A stretch of 64,000 nucleotides of DNA. Origin: Pseudomonadota bacterium (GTDB taxonomy: Bacteria; Desulfobacterota; Desulfobacteria; Desulfobacterales; RPRI01). Shown in pieces: positions 19,618 through 28,499 of the stretch; the stretch's first letter is position 1, and every line of letters starts with the position of its first letter. The position numbers were made by a program, and so were the translations under genes. A model generated the notes under the pieces. It saw only the letters and a list, made by a program, of their open reading frames with translations, was not told the origin of the DNA and ran no database searches. Location of the stretch: the NCBI GenBank assembly GCA_043825875.1, contig JBDRRF010000041.1, positions 1-64,000 of the forward strand, in the 5' to 3' direction.

Positions 19618-20490
19618 TTACGCTCCCAAAACCTGGATCAATATCTCCGGCAAGTTTTTGACTTCGATTTTACCTTTGGATGCCTTTTTAAGGAAGTAAT
19701 GGCCATCGCCACATGGTACCAGAATACTATCCAGGTTCTTCTTTTCGGCTTCCTCAAGAATGCGTTCGGGATTCTGTTTACAGCAATTATGATTATCCAG
19801 ATCTACAAGTGTTAAACCTTTTATGTTGCCCATCACCTTGCGATATCTCGGCCAATCGAGATTGCCCATGTATGGAAAATACCTGTGGCATCCTTCAAAA
19901 TAGCCCATTACTGTGGGTATAATTTCGAGGGTTTTTTCTTCCAGCTTATCCATCATCACGTCATAAACCCACCGATGGCTGCCAGCATCTTCAGGAAATG
20001 TATTTCTGACCAAAGCGGCGCAAACCTGGCATGCATAAATCATGTTTTTTGCCCCGGCCTGCTTTCCCAGATCCCAATTATATTGCATGAAATCTTTACA
20101 TGCCGCTTTTACTTTTTGTTTTTCTTCTTCCGGAATACCCACCGATATGATACTGTCCTCGAGCGGAGGAGCACCACAACAGATTTCTTTTTCAGCAGAA
20201 TAGGTGTAGTCGATTCCGAGCAGATCAAGCAATTTCATCGTATCCCGTAACTTTGATATGCTCATAAAAGGCACATAACAACCAAACGTCAAAAAGTTTT
20301 CGGCTTTTTTCTTGGGTTCGGGAATACCTATGGCTTTCAGCAATCCTGCTTTAAGCAACCATGCAGGAGCATGGTTTCCTGTTTCCCTGATGCATTTCAA
20401 CTGATCTTCACGGCTCCTGTCAGCAGCCAGATATGCGATCACCTGCTGAAAATCTTCAGTAAAAGTTATGTTTCGCTCTTTTAGTTTCAT
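19618..20490 (-). CDS. Stand-alone CCG-domain (HdrB/HdrD-like) Fe-S protein, paralog 1
   Basis: TGNH, FGC, EICCGAP, CQVC, EGCH, CCKQ; ATG 20490 with AAGGAG. Confidence 0.85.
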   Translation of the reverse strand: MKLKERNITFTEDFQQVIAYLAADRSREDQLKCIRETGNHAPAWLLKAGLLKAIGIPEPKKKAENFLTFGCYVPFMSISKLRDTMKLLDLLGIDYTYSAEKEICCGAPPLEDSIISVGIPEEEKQKVKAACKDFMQYNWDLGKQAGAKNMIYACQVCAALVRNTFPEDAGSHRWVYDVMMDKLEEKTLEIIPTVMGYFEGCHRYFPYMGNLDWPRYRKVMGNIKGLTLVDLDNHNCCKQNPERILEEAEKKNLDSILVPCGDGHYFLKKASKGKIEVKNLPEILIQVLGA

Positions 20491-20581
20491 GCTTTTCTCC
20501 TTTTCCGGTAAATCGGGCATATCATATGACCTTGAACACCTCATTAAGCCTTAGCTTGTGATACTAAAAAGACTTCAAATC

Positions 20582-22528
20582 CTAACCTAAAAGGCCCCTT
20601 TGTTCCAAATCGCCTGCAACATCATGTAAGTCCAGATCTTCAAGCGCTTTGCGGGTCTGCAATCCTGTTGCCACATCCCAGTTTCTATAACTGTAGTATT
20701 CGTCTTTCATAACTTCGAATGCTTTCCTGTCAAGCACTTCGCCCTTTCGTGACAGAGGTGCCCCGTCTTTGCCGGGTACCAGACAATCAGGGTTTACGTG
20801 ATCAGATTCCAGTGGTTCAGTGAAGAAGTAATCGGCCACAATGTCATCAACTCTTCCCCTATGCCCTTCACGAACAAGTATTGCCCGCTGCTGGTTAAAG
20901 AGCCTCTCGCCGATTCTGTTAAGACCTTGTTCGTCGATTTGGTTACCAGTTACCAAAGAAAGAAGTTTACTTTCCAGGCTTGGGTCCCCCGCATGATCAT
21001 CAGTGGATGGAAGATCCATAATGGGGTATAGCAAGTCACAGAGTGCCAGGCTGTCTTTGATATACTGCCTGTCCTGTATTCTCTTCGCTGCCAATGCCTT
21101 ACCCTCATAAGTGGAAAAATCAGCAGCCATCTCACTTCCCCAAAATCTTTCGGCTATGGCGCGAAAGACCTGTGAAGAAAAATAGGCTCCTTGGATTCCC
21201 TGATTCCAGGCCAGCCACTTGGAGACCCGAATCGATATCTCATGCAGGTGCTGGATGGGGAGTCTCGGCTCCATGGCATAAAAAAGTGAGGTTGTGATAT
21301 AGAGTCTGGGCCCATAAAAAGTTTTGCATTTTGAGGAAAAATAGGTGACTTCTTTTACTTTTTCTACTGCTTCAGGGCCAAAATGTTCGGCGGCTTTATC
21401 CAAACCCAGTGCCAGCTGACCTCCAAAGCCCTCAAGGTTGGAAATTTTTTTCAAAAGGGTATCTAAAAACTCCAGGCTGCCTATATCCGATAGTGGCAGT
21501 CCGGTATTGCTGTCGTTTAAAATTCCCGCCTCATAACATCGCTCAATCCAGTTTAATATATAATCTAATCCATGGGATTCAATTCCGTATTCATCTATAA
21601 GTCTTGTTGCATGGAAACTTACATCATTCCACTTTCCGTAATATTTAATCGCTCTTGGTTGGTAGAACATGGCCGAGTGGCAAAAAAATTTCCCCTTCTT
21701 TCCATTTTCAGCTTCATAGGTCTTTCTTACGCAGCCGGGGCAACCATAGCAGGGACTTTTTTTCAGCTTTGGAAAGATATCAGGTACGGGGTTCATTTTT
21801 ACCAAATAAGGAGTCTCCATTCTGGAAGGAAATTGCCATAATCCCTGAAGATATCTACCCATCTCCTTTATACGTTCCGGTTGCGCGACATTAACGTTTC
21901 GCTCGGAAGCGTTTACTACCACAGCCTTTAATTTCTTTGAGCCAAAAACAGCCCCTATGCCTGCAGAACCACTGGCATCGTTATCAGCGTGTATGGAGGC
22001 TATCGTCACCTTATTCTCACCGGCTGGGCCAATAGCTACAACCTTAAATGATTTTCCCAGCTCATTTTTTAGAATTTTCCGGGTCTCAACCGCACCCTTT
22101 CCCCGCAAGAATGCAGCATCCTTCAATTGAACAGTGTTGTCCGTAATCAGAAGGTATACAGGCTTTTCCGAGATACCCTGGACTACAATGGCATCATAGC
22201 CGGCAAATTTCAATTCGGCACCCCATGTTCCGCCCAGATTGCAATAGTTGTAGTGATCAGGAGTGGTTTTAGATGTTTTTGCACATACTGCCCACCTGGA
22301 ACCTCCGATCATGCGTACTCCGGCCATAGGACCGGTAGCAAATATGATTCTGTTTTGCTCATCAAAAGCTTTGGTTTCAGGAGGTACTTCATCCCAATAT
22401 ATTTTGGACGCAAGGCCCCGGCCTCCAAGAAATTTAGAGGCATAATTCATGGTGTCATCGTAGAAGATCTTTCCGGTAGAAAGATCAACTCTAAGGATTT
22501 TTCCGGAATATCCAAAATATTTTTCCAT
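20582..22528 (-). CDS. Tungsten aldehyde:ferredoxin oxidoreductase family protein, AOR1
   Basis: GKILRVDLS, GGRGL, ELKFAGYD, IGPAGEN, GSKKLKA, CYGCPGC, DEYGIE, YYSYRNWD. Confidence 0.9.
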   Translation of the reverse strand: MEKYFGYSGKILRVDLSTGKIFYDDTMNYASKFLGGRGLASKIYWDEVPPETKAFDEQNRIIFATGPMAGVRMIGGSRWAVCAKTSKTTPDHYNYCNLGGTWGAELKFAGYDAIVVQGISEKPVYLLITDNTVQLKDAAFLRGKGAVETRKILKNELGKSFKVVAIGPAGENKVTIASIHADNDASGSAGIGAVFGSKKLKAVVVNASERNVNVAQPERIKEMGRYLQGLWQFPSRMETPYLVKMNPVPDIFPKLKKSPCYGCPGCVRKTYEAENGKKGKFFCHSAMFYQPRAIKYYGKWNDVSFHATRLIDEYGIESHGLDYILNWIERCYEAGILNDSNTGLPLSDIGSLEFLDTLLKKISNLEGFGGQLALGLDKAAEHFGPEAVEKVKEVTYFSSKCKTFYGPRLYITTSLFYAMEPRLPIQHLHEISIRVSKWLAWNQGIQGAYFSSQVFRAIAERFWGSEMAADFSTYEGKALAAKRIQDRQYIKDSLALCDLLYPIMDLPSTDDHAGDPSLESKLLSLVTGNQIDEQGLNRIGERLFNQQRAILVREGHRGRVDDIVADYFFTEPLESDHVNPDCLVPGKDGAPLSRKGEVLDRKAFEVMKDEYYSYRNWDVATGLQTRKALEDLDLHDVAGDLEQRGLLG

Positions 22529-22617
22529 AGCCTCACTTCTCCAGCATAAGGGGCTGTGTGCAGACGGGCATAAGTACTACGTATTTTTGTCAAGTTTAAT
22601 AAAAGAAAATGAATGTA

Positions 22618-22670
22618 GAATATTGAACAAGGAATTTCGAACAATATTCATTATTCCTTGTTCGATATTC
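22618..22670. repeat. Intergenic hairpin
   Basis: GAATATTGAACAAGGAAT ... ATTCCTTGTTCGATATTC, 17 of 18 complementary. Confidence 0.7.
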
Positions 22671-22678
22671 AATATAAT

Positions 22679-22725
22679 TAAGCTCCCCGCTGCAAGCAGC
22701 GAGAAATGCGTTTGCTGATGCGTTT
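22679..22725. repeat. REP-like short palindrome
   Basis: TAAGCTCCCCGCTGC-AA-GCAGCGAG tight hairpin right after the X2 stop. Confidence 0.45.
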
Positions 22726-22729
22726 TAAA

Positions 22730-23782
22730 TTATCCCTTAGGAAGGACTGTCGCTTTAGCTGTCTCAAAGTAGGTCTGGCAATCATCCATTGGAACATTGC
22801 GTCCGTCGGAGAAGACTACACTGCCGTTGGTTCTGCCAAGCACACAGTAGTGTGTAGTATAGCCCTTGGCCAAATGAAAGCCGTATAGTGCTCTTGACCA
22901 CGTTGCCACATTCATCTCAACATTTGCTTCATCAGATTCCATTTTAATCTTCCATTTAATTGGAATCGTCACATCTGTCATCGGATCTTTCCACCTTTCC
23001 AAAGGCTCAACTGTGATCTGGCCGGGACCGTAACCAATGACCTGATCACCACTCCAGACACGCCCCACATAACGGTTTACCTCAGGTTCAGCAAAGCAGA
23101 ATACCTTTACAGATTCACTAAAGCACCATCCCCAGATATAACCAGTGGAGTGACCCAATAGTGTTAATACATCCCAACCCTTACCCAGGCAGGTTCGCTC
23201 GCGGACTGCCCAGCCCTCATCGAGGGTATATTTCTTACCCTGGTAGGTGAAACTGCCCGATGCCCAGCAAAGATGCTCATTACCGGCCAAACCTTTTGCG
23301 GCAAGGTCAGTCCACGGACCATGATATGGAATACAATCGCCAATACCGCCAATCGTCAAGTCAAGGTCAACACCCATGTGCTCTCCCTTTAACTCCCAGT
23401 AGGGCATACGGCATGTAATCTGGCGGTTGCCGGTTTTCCAGATTACTTTGTCGGATTCCTCAACCACCTGAAAGTTTGCGGATTCATCCGTCGGTCCAAT
23501 GCGGTTGCCGACAAATTCGTTATTTGATATCGTGCGATGGTCGCTTGGAGTGATAATCAGATTTGTCTGCTGCACGATCCCATCGGTAATGCCCCAGACA
23601 TTTCCCCCGACATGGTACATGCCTAATGCCATAAAAATATCTTTACCTTCACTTTTGCCCATAATCAGAAATGCAATATGATCCTGGAAGTGTTCACTTA
23701 ATTGTTCTTTGGGCAGTTCCCTCATATGATTCATCTCATCTGATGTCTTAACATTACTTGTAGCTTTTTTTTGTTCTTTCAT
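22730..23782 (-). CDS. Uncharacterised AttH/CrtC-like protein, paralog X2
   Basis: Close paralog of X1 (EHFQDHI, QTNLIITPS, GNEHL, DEGWAVRERTC, GHSTGYIWGWCFSES shared). Confidence 0.75.
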   Translation of the reverse strand: MKEQKKATSNVKTSDEMNHMRELPKEQLSEHFQDHIAFLIMGKSEGKDIFMALGMYHVGGNVWGITDGIVQQTNLIITPSDHRTISNNEFVGNRIGPTDESANFQVVEESDKVIWKTGNRQITCRMPYWELKGEHMGVDLDLTIGGIGDCIPYHGPWTDLAAKGLAGNEHLCWASGSFTYQGKKYTLDEGWAVRERTCLGKGWDVLTLLGHSTGYIWGWCFSESVKVFCFAEPEVNRYVGRVWSGDQVIGYGPGQITVEPLERWKDPMTDVTIPIKWKIKMESDEANVEMNVATWSRALYGFHLAKGYTTHYCVLGRTNGSVVFSDGRNVPMDDCQTYFETAKATVLPKG

Positions 23783-23830
23783 CGCTTTACCTTCCTATTA
23801 ATTTAATTTTTGTTGGTTTGTTAATCTTTT

Positions 23831-23954
23831 GTAACTACTCAGGTTGTTTGGTTCACAGTTCACGGTTCACGGTTGATTGCCTTGAGGTCTTCAAAATGTT
23901 CAATCCTAATCGCTCTCTAACCCTGAACCCTGAACTGTGAACCTGAGTAGTAAC
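23831..23954. mobile_element. MITE-like element with internal 7-bp repeats
   Basis: Ends GTAACTACTCAGGT / ACCTGAGTAGTAAC (13 of 14); GGTTCAC-type units on the left, TGAACCC-type units on the right. Confidence 0.7.
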
Positions 23955-23965
23955 CTATTTTTATT

Positions 23966-26038
23966 TTATCCTGCTGAGGCGCTTGATGGAGGAAGTTTAT
24001 CCATACGCTCCAATTCATCAGCCACATCTTTCAAGCCCAGTTCCTCAAGCTTAGCTCTTGTGGGAGCGCCCTCCTTCCACCCTCTGAGTTGATAATAAAC
24101 CGAAAGAAGATTCTCCAGCTTTTCTCTGGGAAAGAGCGCATCGCCTGCCTTACTCTTTTCCTGATAAATGACATCGTGAAACGCATCTACGGCACCCTCT
24201 AAATAGCCGTCTCTGATCCATATTGCTCTCTCCAGATTTACCAGCCTCTCATATTGCTTCATTAAATCCTCTTGCGTGATGTCCTCTCCGAACACCGCAC
24301 TCCATTGTTCAGGTGTTCCATGCACGCTGCCCCACGTAAGTTCCTCTTCCAGCGCTAGCCCTCGCATTAAAGTCAGTTCCGAATTAAAAGAACAAACGGA
24401 GGCGCAGTCGCCTTCCATATGATAATAATCATGAATGATTACTGCTTTAGCAACGTCTTCCCCCCAATAAGTGGTATCCTTAATTTTGTCTGTACCGTAC
24501 CATTTGGTAAGCCATGCAGAATCGGCTCTTGCATTGTTCATTACCTCCAACTCTTTTCCTCTTTTTATACTTTGCAGAGCAAAGAGGGTACACATGGGAC
24601 TGACTGCACAATCCCCCATGCCCTTACCCCACACGATTGCGTGCCGGCGCATGCCGCCGAATTGGCCGCCCTTAGTGTACGTTTTTTGATATAAGTATTC
24701 CATTTCCCGGCGTCTGGGACCAAACTCTTCATGCTCCATAATGTGTTTTGTCGACAGAGCGGGGCCTTTGGCGATCACATCTCCGAAGCCTTCTCTATAA
24801 GCTATTTTATACGTGTATTCTCTTAAGAACTCCTGGCTTCCGTATTTTGACCAGGGCAACCCTGTATTTTCTTCGGTCAGGATTCCTCTTTTGTGAGCTT
24901 CCCGCAGCATATCGAGGTGCATGATAGAACCTCCTCCGGGAGCTTCAGGGCTAAAGTCCACCGGAAATCCCATCCAGGCCATAGAACTGACAAGAGAAGA
25001 ATCGATACCTAAATCGTCGGTGAGTATGGCGAATTCATAAAGAACTCTGCCTGCCGGGCGTCCGCCATAGTATTCCTGTTCCTGTCCGGCCCACAGCAGG
25101 GACTCCCCGCACTCAAACGAACCACTGTGCACAGCATTATCTGCAAGCCTGACTTTAGTCTTACAGATGGTGTTGCAACCGGGACACCCTGACGGACTCA
25201 TTTTTACAAGACCAAGTTCTTGTTCACGGCCCATCTTAGTTCCCTTCGGCCACATATACTGCCAGAAGTATGGCACTGGTGGCCGATGTTTGCCTACGAT
25301 GGTCTTTCCGCCTACGGCTCTCGTTTCACCGGGCAATAACATAGCCACTTTTCTCATATGTTCGTTTACTTCCAGAATTCTTTCAGGATTGGCTACCTTA
25401 ATGCTGCCTGTTCCTCTGATTGCGATAGCCTTGAGATTCTTGGAGCCCATGACTGCCCCATAACCACCGTGGGCAAAAGCGGTATTGCTATCAACGGCAA
25501 TGATGGATTGGATAACCAGATTTTCCCCGGCCGGTCCGATACATGCAGCTTGTACATTTTTGCCATGCATCTGCATTAACTTCATACGGGTTTGGCTTGT
25601 CGTCTTCCCCCAAAGCGAGGCTGCATCCCGTATTTCCACATGCCCGTCTTTTATCCAGAGATAAACAGGTTTTTCGGCCTTACCCTGCACGATAATGGCG
25701 TCATATCCGGCAAACTTTATCTCATATCCCCAACGTCCTAAAGCGATAGATGGGTAAATAGTGCTTACAGGATATATACAGGGAGCTTTGGCAACGCATA
25801 CACTCGGTGCGGCATAGGCTGCACCTGTTGCAGTGAGTGCTCCCGTGGCAAATATTAGTCTGTTTTCAGGGTCTAGAGCGCCAACTTCCGGTGTTATCTC
25901 ATCCCAGTAAATCCTGGCTGCCAGGCCTCTGCCACCAACATATTTTGGCAGATAGTTTGCACTGGGAATCTCGGTAATTATTTTATCAGTTAAATCTACC
26001 CGTAAAATCTTACCTGCGTAACCATATTGTTCCGCCAT
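23966..26038 (-). CDS. Tungsten aldehyde:ferredoxin oxidoreductase family protein, AOR2 (divergent)
   Basis: GKILRVDLT, EIKFAGYD, IGPAGEN, MGSKNLKA, CPGCNTIC, DDLGID, YYQLRGW...PTRAKLEELGL. Confidence 0.88.
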   Translation of the reverse strand: MAEQYGYAGKILRVDLTDKIITEIPSANYLPKYVGGRGLAARIYWDEITPEVGALDPENRLIFATGALTATGAAYAAPSVCVAKAPCIYPVSTIYPSIALGRWGYEIKFAGYDAIIVQGKAEKPVYLWIKDGHVEIRDAASLWGKTTSQTRMKLMQMHGKNVQAACIGPAGENLVIQSIIAVDSNTAFAHGGYGAVMGSKNLKAIAIRGTGSIKVANPERILEVNEHMRKVAMLLPGETRAVGGKTIVGKHRPPVPYFWQYMWPKGTKMGREQELGLVKMSPSGCPGCNTICKTKVRLADNAVHSGSFECGESLLWAGQEQEYYGGRPAGRVLYEFAILTDDLGIDSSLVSSMAWMGFPVDFSPEAPGGGSIMHLDMLREAHKRGILTEENTGLPWSKYGSQEFLREYTYKIAYREGFGDVIAKGPALSTKHIMEHEEFGPRRREMEYLYQKTYTKGGQFGGMRRHAIVWGKGMGDCAVSPMCTLFALQSIKRGKELEVMNNARADSAWLTKWYGTDKIKDTTYWGEDVAKAVIIHDYYHMEGDCASVCSFNSELTLMRGLALEEELTWGSVHGTPEQWSAVFGEDITQEDLMKQYERLVNLERAIWIRDGYLEGAVDAFHDVIYQEKSKAGDALFPREKLENLLSVYYQLRGWKEGAPTRAKLEELGLKDVADELERMDKLPPSSASAG

Positions 26039-26040
26039 AG

Positions 26041-26592
26041 TTAAACACTTCCTTTCGGCTGTATGTATCCGGTTTGAACACCGTTCGGATCAGTGAAATA
26101 GGTAAGCGCTCCGTGTGAGCATGCCTTAACGCAGGCGGGATCTCCACCGCAGAGGTCACATTTGACGGCTTTCTTTTTTGCCTTATTAAACCTGATGCGT
26201 GGTGGGTCATAAGGGCATTTCTCTATGCAGTTCTGGCAGCCAATGCAGAACTTCTGCTCAATTATTCTGGCGCCTGTTGCGGCATCCACTTTGATGGCGC
26301 CCGTCGGACAGTAGCGCAGGCATTGAGGATCGACACATTGCAGGCACGGTTTGGCTGAATTTTCAAAAATATAATTCGTGGATTCCGCAAGCTGTATCCT
26401 GGCCAGCTCGTGTGAACAAACCCCTTCATTGGTAAGAGAACAGGCATGCACGCAATGCATGCAGCAAGTACAGTGTTCTTCATCTACAATGATAACACCT
26501 TTAGATAAAGGTACATGAACCGGTGGCACAAATGCCGGTCTTAGAAGACGTTTTTTGTTGATCTCTTCTGTTTTGATCTTTTGATCAGACAA
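26041..26592 (-). CDS. Polyferredoxin (four 4Fe-4S clusters) AOR partner subunit
   Basis: CTCCMHCVHAC, CLQCVDPQCLRYCP, CIGCQNCIEKCP, CDLCGGDPACVKAC; TTG 26592 after AGAGGAG; stop 2 bp before the AOR2 start. Confidence 0.88.
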   Translation of the reverse strand: MSDQKIKTEEINKKRLLRPAFVPPVHVPLSKGVIIVDEEHCTCCMHCVHACSLTNEGVCSHELARIQLAESTNYIFENSAKPCLQCVDPQCLRYCPTGAIKVDAATGARIIEQKFCIGCQNCIEKCPYDPPRIRFNKAKKKAVKCDLCGGDPACVKACSHGALTYFTDPNGVQTGYIQPKGSV

Positions 26593-26623
26593 TCGAATTC
26601 TCCTCTTAACAGGATTTCTTATT

Positions 26624-27496
26624 CTATAGTCCAAGCACCGGAATCAATACTTCAGGAAGATTTTTAATCTCTATTTTACCACCTCTCTTTGCCGCTGCAG
26701 ATCTTAAGAAGTAATGGCAATCACCGTCGGGAGCAACAATCCGGGTTAAATTATTCTTTTCGGCATTTTCCAAAATAGCATTGGCATCCTGTTTGCAGCA
26801 GACCTTTCTGGGCAGATCCACTATCTCCATGCCTTTAACAGTGCCCAACACTTTACGATATCTTTTCCAATCAAGGTTGCTGTTGTGAGGATAAAACTTG
26901 TGACATCCTTCAAAAAAACCGATTGTTGTCGGCTCAACTTTGAGATCTGTGTTTTCCATCTTATCCATAATCAGATCATAAATATAGCGATGGCGCTCGG
27001 GCTCATCAGGAAACGACCTTTTTATTACAGCGGCACATACCTGGCAGGCATAGACCATTATTTTTTGCCCCGACTTTTCCGCCAGATCAACATTGAACTG
27101 CCTCATTTTATGTGCCTGGTCATCCATTTCTTTCTGACGCTCTTTTGAAATACCTATGATTTCGCGTGAATCCTGAACCATAGGGGCACCGCAACAGACT
27201 TCCTTGTCCGAATAGTTATAATCAATTCCAAGCGCATTTACTATCTTAACCGTATCGCGCAATTTATTAGTGCTCCAAAAAGGTACATAACAACTCCAGA
27301 CGATGAAGTTTTCTGATTTTGGATTTGGTTCCTTTACTCCTATATTCCGAAGCACTCCAGTACGCAAAACCGAAGGGATAGAATGATTTCCCGTCTTCCA
27401 GCAGTCGTCCACCTGTTCCTCCAGACTTCTACCGGCAGCCAGATACTCAATAAACTCTGCAAATTCTTTACTGTACTTAACATTTCTTTTATGCAT
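26624..27496 (-). CDS. Stand-alone CCG-domain Fe-S protein, paralog 2
   Basis: TGNH, WSC, EVCCGAP, CQVC, EGCH, CCKQ, PDGDC. Confidence 0.85.
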   Translation of the reverse strand: MHKRNVKYSKEFAEFIEYLAAGRSLEEQVDDCWKTGNHSIPSVLRTGVLRNIGVKEPNPKSENFIVWSCYVPFWSTNKLRDTVKIVNALGIDYNYSDKEVCCGAPMVQDSREIIGISKERQKEMDDQAHKMRQFNVDLAEKSGQKIMVYACQVCAAVIKRSFPDEPERHRYIYDLIMDKMENTDLKVEPTTIGFFEGCHKFYPHNSNLDWKRYRKVLGTVKGMEIVDLPRKVCCKQDANAILENAEKNNLTRIVAPDGDCHYFLRSAAAKRGGKIEIKNLPEVLIPVLGL

Positions 27497-27530
27497 GCTT
27501 ATTCCTCCTTTATATATTTTACAGTGAGCC

Positions 27531-27666
27531 TAAGTATTAAGGTTCATAAATTCGGTTACGTATTGTCATTTCGAACGTAGCGATAAATCTTAATTAAGAT
27601 AAGATGTGATAAAAGATATCTCCCTTCGGTCGATATGACACCGAAACTATGAAATGGAGTACTAAG
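27531..27666. repeat. Nested palindromic element
   Basis: Inner arms TGTCATTTCGA...AAATCT / AGATAT...TCGATATGACA; outer arms TTCATAAATTCGG / CCGAAACTATGAA; CTAAGTATT repeated at 27530 and 27662. Confidence 0.65.
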
Positions 27667-28360
27667 TATTCAAACCTTTTTTTTCCGCTTCTTTTCGCAA
27701 TATTTCATAAAGGCTTAAATGGTCAATTTCGGCAGCAGGGCAAACATTATTGCATTCTCCGCACATGATGCAGGCATAAAGGCCGTTTTGAACTGCTTCT
27801 AAGACCCTGTCTGCTTCATCAAATGGATCATAGTAACGCAATCCCGAAGCAACAATACCTGCGGGACCTATAAATTTTTCAGGATCCTTATCTTCATTAA
27901 TTACCGGACAGGCGGCAATGCAGCACAAGCATCTGCAACACCATTCCAGATTGCCGATCTTTTTGGCCAGGGCCGGATCCATTACTGCAGTAATATCACT
28001 TTCTACAAGCGGTTTCGACCTTACCCTTGCTTCTATCTTTGCTATCCTTTCACGTATCTTGCTCTTATCTACGATAAAATCACGGATTACAGGAAATCCT
28101 TTTAAGGGCTCAAGAACGATATCACGGTCATTACTTATGGGGGTAAAACATGCCATCATCGGTTCACCGTCAAGCATCATGGCACAACGTCCGCATACTC
28201 TCCCCCTGCACGAATAATCAAATGCTATGGCTTCATGGTTTTCATGGACATAAACGAGTATTTCAAGAACCGTTATATTTTTCTTCCAGGGAACATTATA
28301 AGTCTTGTAGTAGGGCATTGCATCTATTGCCGGGTCATATTTAAATATCTTTACATTCAT
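27662..28360 (-). CDS. SdhB/FrdB-like iron-sulfur subunit
   Basis: SCRGRVCGRC...C (2Fe-2S), EPLKGFPVIRDFIVD, CCRCLCCIAACP, CIMCGECNNVCP. Confidence 0.9.
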   Translation of the reverse strand: MNVKIFKYDPAIDAMPYYKTYNVPWKKNITVLEILVYVHENHEAIAFDYSCRGRVCGRCAMMLDGEPMMACFTPISNDRDIVLEPLKGFPVIRDFIVDKSKIRERIAKIEARVRSKPLVESDITAVMDPALAKKIGNLEWCCRCLCCIAACPVINEDKDPEKFIGPAGIVASGLRYYDPFDEADRVLEAVQNGLYACIMCGECNNVCPAAEIDHLSLYEILRKEAEKKGLNT

Positions 28361-28381
28361 CCCTTTTCTCCTTTATATATC

Positions 28382-28499
28382 CTTCCAGATAATGTTTTGT
28401 GCTGCGTTATCAGTCGCCCCACTTCGACAGCGTATCAATTGTACGCTTTACTCAGTGAGGCTCCTTCTGGCCTTGCCAAAAACATTATCTGAAAGTCTA
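28382..28499. mobile_element. MITE-like element inserted at the flavoprotein stop codon
   Basis: Ends CTTCCAGATAATGTTTT / AAAACATTATCTGAAAG (16 of 17); absent at the equivalent position of the paralog (31240-31254). Confidence 0.8.

Noticed and set aside
20582..26038. Calling AOR1/AOR2 bamB
   Set aside because: Only the Cys position and gene context are reminiscent; no bamE-I or benzoyl-CoA pathway genes are in the window
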